A stretch of 64,000 bases of DNA, from assembly GCA_046076045.1 (NCBI GenBank), contig JBJTRI010000119.1, positions 1,014 through 65,013 of the forward strand, given 5' to 3'. Of this stretch, positions 61,001 to 64,000 are shown one piece after another (position 1 is the first letter of the stretch; the number at the start of each line of letters is the position of its first letter). Below the pieces are notes generated by a model. The model did not search any database, was not told the DNA's origin, and saw nothing but the letters and a program-made list of their open reading frames with translations. The position numbers and the translations under genes are program-made. This DNA is from a bacterium (GTDB lineage Bacteria; Eisenbacteria; RBG-16-71-46).

Positions 61001-64000
61001 CGCTCACCTGGACGGTCGCATCCGGTGCGCTTCCCGCAGGCCTGACGCTGTCCTCGGCCGGCGTGCTCGCGGGCACGCCGACGGCCTCGGGCACGTTCCC
61101 GCTGGTGATTCGCGCCACCGAGGCCGCGGGTTGCCGGGGCTCGCTCGCCTGCACGCTCACCGTGGCCTGCCCGACCATCGCGCTCACGCCCGCGTTGCTG
61201 CCGGACGGCTCCGTGGGCGCGGCCTACTCCGCCACGCTCGGTGCGGTCGGGGGCGTCGCCCCGTTCACGTATGCGGTGACCGCGGGCTCGCTGCCCGCGG
61301 GACTCACGCTGTCGGAGGCAGGTGCGATCTCGGGCACCCCGAGCGCGGTCGGCACGTCCATCCTGACCATCACCGCGACCGATGCGGCCGGTTGCACCGC
61401 GACGATCGAGCACCTCGTGGACGTGTACGCCACGGTGCCGCTCTCGACGGTGCGGGCCGTGTCGCTGGGGCAGGCCCTCACCAGCGCGCGCTCGCGCGTG
61501 ACGGTGCCCTTCACCTACACGCGCGGCGAGAGCGACAGCGTGCGCGGCGTGACGGTGTCGTTCCAGACCGACCCCACGCGGGTCGCCTTGAACGACACGA
61601 TGACCGCGGCGATCCGACTCGGCGACTGGACCGCGGGGTACCCGAACACGAACCTGCAGGTGGTCCAGGACGGCCCTGACGCGTGGACGGTGGACGTCAT
61701 CCTGCTCGGCGGGTCGTGCGGCATCACGACCGGGGGCACGTTGTTCACCGTGGACCTGCGTTCGGTGGGGCCGGACGGCCCCGCGCCGATCGTAGTGACG
61801 CGCGTGAAGGCCCGTGACTGCGGCAACCTGCCGGTGCCGGTGCGCGCCGGTGCGATCGACACGCTGCGTGTGCAGAACACGGACCTCGCGCTCACGCCGG
61901 CGACGCTGCCCAACGGCGAGGTCGGCGCGGCCTACTCGGTCGCACTGGGTGCGTCGAACGCGCGCACGCCGCTGACGTTCGCGCTCGTCTCGGGTGCGTT
62001 GCCGCCGGGGCTCGCGCTGTCCTCGTCGGGTGTGCTCACCGGGCTGCCCACGACGAGTGGGGCCTACTCGTTCACGGTCTCGGCAGCGGATGCCGACAGT
62101 GTGCCGGGCCAGCGCGTCTTCGTGCTCACGGTCGCGTGCCCGGTGCTGGTGCTCGACCCGGCGCTGCTCGCCGACGCTCGTGTGGGCGCGTCGTACTCGG
62201 ACTCGATCGCGGTGCTCAACGGCATCGGCCCGTTCGCGTTCACGCTCGTCGAGGGTGTGTTGCCCAGCGGCCTCGCGTTGTCCCCGACCGGCGCGATCTC
62301 GGGCGTGCCGACCGCTCCGGGCTTCCACATCTTCACGCTCGGTGCCACGGGCGGGTCGGGTTGCACGGGGCAGGAGACCTACACGATCAACGTGTTCGCC
62401 GACTCGGCCGTCTCGCGCATCGTGGCCCGCACGCAGGGGCTCTGTCTCACGCCCTCGAACCCGTGCGTCACCGTGCCGTTCGTCTACGAGCGAGCGGACA
62501 CCATGCCCGCACGACTCGTGCACGTCGAGTTCGAGCTCGACGCCCGCTTCGCGCTGTGCACGCCGGCCGCGCCGTACTCGAGCATCCGCGAGGGGACATG
62601 GGCGGGGGGCGCGAGCACCGTGTTCCAGGTGATGTCGCTCGGCGCCAACCGCTACGGGGTGGACCTGGCGATCCTCGGTGAGCCGTGCGGCCCCGACTCG
62701 ACCGTCGTGTTGTTCACGGTGGACGTCGCCGCGGTCGGCGGGGACGGCGTGGGCGACCTGGTCGTGACCGATGCGCGTGTGCGCGACTGCGACAATCAGC
62801 CGATCCCGGTCGAGTCCGGTTCGACCGCGGCGCTGGTGGTGACCAGCACGCTGCCGCCCGCGATCGCGGATCTATCGGTGACGCGCGTGACCTCGGGGAA
62901 TGGCACCTCGGGCCGCATCGGGTTGTTGGTGTCGTGGACGCCGCCGCTCGAGGGCGTGGTGTCCCTCTACCGTGCGCCATTCGGAAGCTATCCCGAGTAC
63001 GACGATGCCGGTGGCGTGACGCCCGACTCCGCACTCGCCCCCGGCGCGCCGTGGACGCTGGTCTCGGCCGCGGCGAGCCCGGGCTTGGTGGACCTGCCGC
63101 CGGTGCGTGGCGTGTGGCACTACCTCGCATTCGTGACGGACTCGTGCCAGATGCGCTCCGCGCCCTCGAACCTCACGCCCGGTCGGCCGAACTACCAACT
63201 CGGTGACGTGAGCGACGGCGCCGTGCGCGGCCAGGGCGACAACCTCATCCGGGTCGAGGACGTGTCATTGCTCGGCGCGCACTACGGGCGCACGGGGGCT
63301 GCGATCGCGGCCGCGAACGTGGCGTACCTCGACGTGGGCCCGACGGTGGACGGGACGCCGGACAGTCGTCCGGTCACGGACGACGTGATCGGGTTCGACG
63401 ACCTGATGCTGTTCTCGCTCGGCTTCGAGTCGGTGTCGTCGCCCGCGATGCGCGCGCGTCCCGCCGCGAGCCCCGAGCGTGCGGAGGCCACCGAGTCGTT
63501 CGAGGTGTTCGCGCCTTCGCGGGTCGCCGCCGGCGACGAGGTGGTGGCCGAACTGCGACTCGACGCCCGCGGCGGCCTGCAGGGCTTCGCCGTGCAGCTG
63601 GCGTGGGACGAGGGCGTGCTGGAGCCGCTCGGGTCCGAGTCCGGCGGGCTGGCCGAGTCCCAGGGCGGCGTGGCCTACCTGCCGCGCCCCGGCGCCGCCG
63701 ATGCGGCACTGCTGGGCGTGAGCGACGTCGGCTTCACCGGTACGGGCGTGGTGGCACGCTACCGCTTCCGTGCGCGCCGAGACGGCGACCCCGCCGTCCG
63801 CATCGCGACGATCGAGGCGCGCGACGCCGCGAACCACTCCGTCCCCGCATCGCGACTGGGCGCGACGCGAGTGCCCGCACCTCCGACGACCACCGTGCTC
63901 CTGTCCCCGGCCCCCAACCCCGCCCGCGGTGCCGCGAACCTGGCGTTCGGACTGGCGCGCCGCGGTCCGGTGGAGTTGACGGTGCTCTCGGTGGACGGCC
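58078..64000 (+). CDS. Giant secreted multidomain surface protein, 3'-truncated by window end (>1,970 aa): signal peptide, about 14 beta-propeller-type repeats, 5 He_PIG Ig domains interleaved with 3 Cys-containing beta-sandwich modules, a dockerin-like segment, a cohesin-like module and the start of a FlgD-Ig/T9SS-type tail
   Basis: Hand translation of the frame starting at GTG 58021 shows no stop codon through 64000 and uniformly high GC3. The ORF is missing from the supplied track because it has no in-window stop. I chose GTG 58078 as the start because it gives a canonical signal peptide (..APRPLTRARACAAVLACTMVASAAHA|QT). Minus-strand ORFs 57994..59670 and 60280..62523 are its antisense shadows. 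Confidence 0.7.
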   Translation, partial: MAPRPLTRARACAAVLACTMVASAAHAQTLRPDFQITNGQVNAQVLRGDTLYVGGSFSFVGPVTGAGVPVDTATAQPLVGFPAVNGSVFAAVSDGAGGWYLGGQFTAVGSSPRSNLAYVLADGSVSSWNPGANGAVRALALRSGVLHCGGDFLSLGGVLRNRIGAVSASTGAVQAWNPNANATVRALVEGATGVYVGGQFTSIGGQVRNRVALLSFATGAADATWNPNANSTVNALHLHAASGTVYAGGQFTAIGGQLRNRAAALDAVTGVARGWNPNVAATVNAIAADAATVYLGGSFTSVGGQARSRIVAIDASTGLPTAWNPNAGNTVQTILLSGATLYVGGDFLAVGGEARSRLAALSTATGLATAWNPSAFGTVSVLQFDGSRLFVGGSFNGLGGVARNNLAAFDVTTGQVTAWNPDANNQVQALALSGDTLVVGGNFTSVAGQVRNGAAAVHAITGALHAFDPNVGGQVSAIAVALPRVYLGGLFGTVGGQVRVNLAAVNSATGAVESWTADTDDQVFAIEPTAQGVLVGGNFTLLSGVVRGFIGALDPVSGAATAWIPDANGTVRTIAAGCDRIYAGGFFTSIGGQSRNRAAALNRSNGQALSWDPNLNGPVFALMPRPGTVYLGGVFSTVGSTARNRIAAVDPVSAAVTAWNPNSNGTVRSVVVGNSEAYAGGLFSTMSGAPSGNLAAFPSDASLPCATIGLPSGPISTAVVGGAVAHSFPASGGTSPYCYRVSSGTLPTGLSLDPSTGSVTGTPLTSGTFSFSITATDVRGCTGTVALTWAVAPTPASNGVAPVTTGLCLNPEVSVVQVPFSLVRGDTLALRSVSVTFQVDTTRLRLPTAGPASAHVSAGAWGAAFPNRTLQVTELGGGRYTVEVALTGAPCGVTTGGTLFSVALAAQGPSGVAAVSLVAIGAQDCAGVPVGLNMGAAGGVNVSTSPIAVSPDSLPVAIAGGAYAVSFSATGASGPLTWTVASGALPAGLTLSSAGVLAGTPTASGTFPLVIRATEAAGCRGSLACTLTVACPTIALTPALLPDGSVGAAYSATLGAVGGVAPFTYAVTAGSLPAGLTLSEAGAISGTPSAVGTSILTITATDAAGCTATIEHLVDVYATVPLSTVRAVSLGQALTSARSRVTVPFTYTRGESDSVRGVTVSFQTDPTRVALNDTMTAAIRLGDWTAGYPNTNLQVVQDGPDAWTVDVILLGGSCGITTGGTLFTVDLRSVGPDGPAPIVVTRVKARDCGNLPVPVRAGAIDTLRVQNTDLALTPATLPNGEVGAAYSVALGASNARTPLTFALVSGALPPGLALSSSGVLTGLPTTSGAYSFTVSAADADSVPGQRVFVLTVACPVLVLDPALLADARVGASYSDSIAVLNGIGPFAFTLVEGVLPSGLALSPTGAISGVPTAPGFHIFTLGATGGSGCTGQETYTINVFADSAVSRIVARTQGLCLTPSNPCVTVPFVYERADTMPARLVHVEFELDARFALCTPAAPYSSIREGTWAGGASTVFQVMSLGANRYGVDLAILGEPCGPDSTVVLFTVDVAAVGGDGVGDLVVTDARVRDCDNQPIPVESGSTAALVVTSTLPPAIADLSVTRVTSGNGTSGRIGLLVSWTPPLEGVVSLYRAPFGSYPEYDDAGGVTPDSALAPGAPWTLVSAAASPGLVDLPPVRGVWHYLAFVTDSCQMRSAPSNLTPGRPNYQLGDVSDGAVRGQGDNLIRVEDVSLLGAHYGRTGAAIAAANVAYLDVGPTVDGTPDSRPVTDDVIGFDDLMLFSLGFESVSSPAMRARPAASPERAEATESFEVFAPSRVAAGDEVVAELRLDARGGLQGFAVQLAWDEGVLEPLGSESGGLAESQGGVAYLPRPGAADAALLGVSDVGFTGTGVVARYRFRARRDGDPAVRIATIEARDAANHSVPASRLGATRVPAPPTTTVLLSPAPNPARGAANLAFGLARRGPVELTVLSVDG
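58180..60180 (+). repeat. About 14 tandem 47-48-aa coding repeats (beta-propeller/delta-60-like blades) within the giant ORF
   Basis: Period about 144 nt. Each unit is roughly WNPNANGTV.AL...G.TVYVGGQFTSIGGQ.RNR.AALDA.TG. DNA-level repeats are also visible (tggaacccgaacgcsaac recurs). Confidence 0.7.

Noticed and set aside
57994-62523. Minus-strand ORFs 57994..59670 (558 aa) and 60280..62523 (747 aa)
   Set aside because: Both are reverse-complement shadows of the giant plus-strand ORF, whose translation shows periodic repeats and Ig-domain motifs. The minus-strand products are Arg/His-rich nonsense.

Overview
This 64-kb window is about 70% GC with a strong GC3 skew and looks like a chromosomal segment from a Gemmatimonadota-like bacterium. 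The lineage guess rests on sequence features only: several secreted proteins end in FlgD-Ig/T9SS-type C-terminal sorting domains, and there is a DUF2911-like protein. About 50 genes are tightly packed, many with ATGA/GTGA start-stop overlaps. There is one tRNA-Gly, no rRNA, no CRISPR, and no transposase or integrase. In order: (1) 1-14.7 kb is a cell-surface glycan/EPS locus on the + strand. It has a priming sugar transferase, an epimerase, UDP-glucose dehydrogenase, a Dpm1-like GT2, a PMT/ArnT-like GT-C membrane glycosyltransferase, five GT4/GT2 genes and a ManC-like gene. It ends with a translationally coupled SPOR-domain protein and a degenerate hexapeptide nucleotidyltransferase-like protein. 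(2) 14.8-17.4 kb holds a GalT-family transferase and glycogen synthase; a frameshifted glgX lies at 22.8-24.9 kb. (3) Next come lysC and tRNA-Gly, then a FolE, GT2, Cys-less TrxR-like flavoprotein and DUF4301-like cluster. (4) 24.9-31.4 kb is a minus-strand block: FHA protein, HEAT-repeat Ser/Thr kinase, two tandem catalytically degenerate PilT-like ATPases, a stand-alone HD-GYP protein, then SGNH hydrolase and msrB. (5) A secreted 830-aa PIG-L deacetylase sits beside an SSF symporter. (6) A DUF2911 protein, a PA-domain HExxH metallopeptidase with sorting domain, a hybrid histidine kinase, DEAD-box helicase, dGTPase, PEPCK, M24/M28 peptidases, msrA, CDF transporter, an S1-like protein and a LysR regulator follow. 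(7) The last 7 kb encodes a small secreted cohesin-like protein and a giant ORF of at least 1,970 aa that runs off the window end and is therefore missing from the supplied ORF track. I translated that ORF by hand. It has a signal peptide, about 14 tandem 48-aa beta-propeller-type repeats, five He_PIG-type Ig domains interleaved with three ~135-aa Cys-containing beta-sandwich modules, a dockerin-like segment, a cohesin-like module and the start of a FlgD-Ig/T9SS-type tail. I think this putative cohesin/dockerin-style surface assembly is the most novel item; the FHA/kinase/pseudo-PilT/HD-GYP operon is second.
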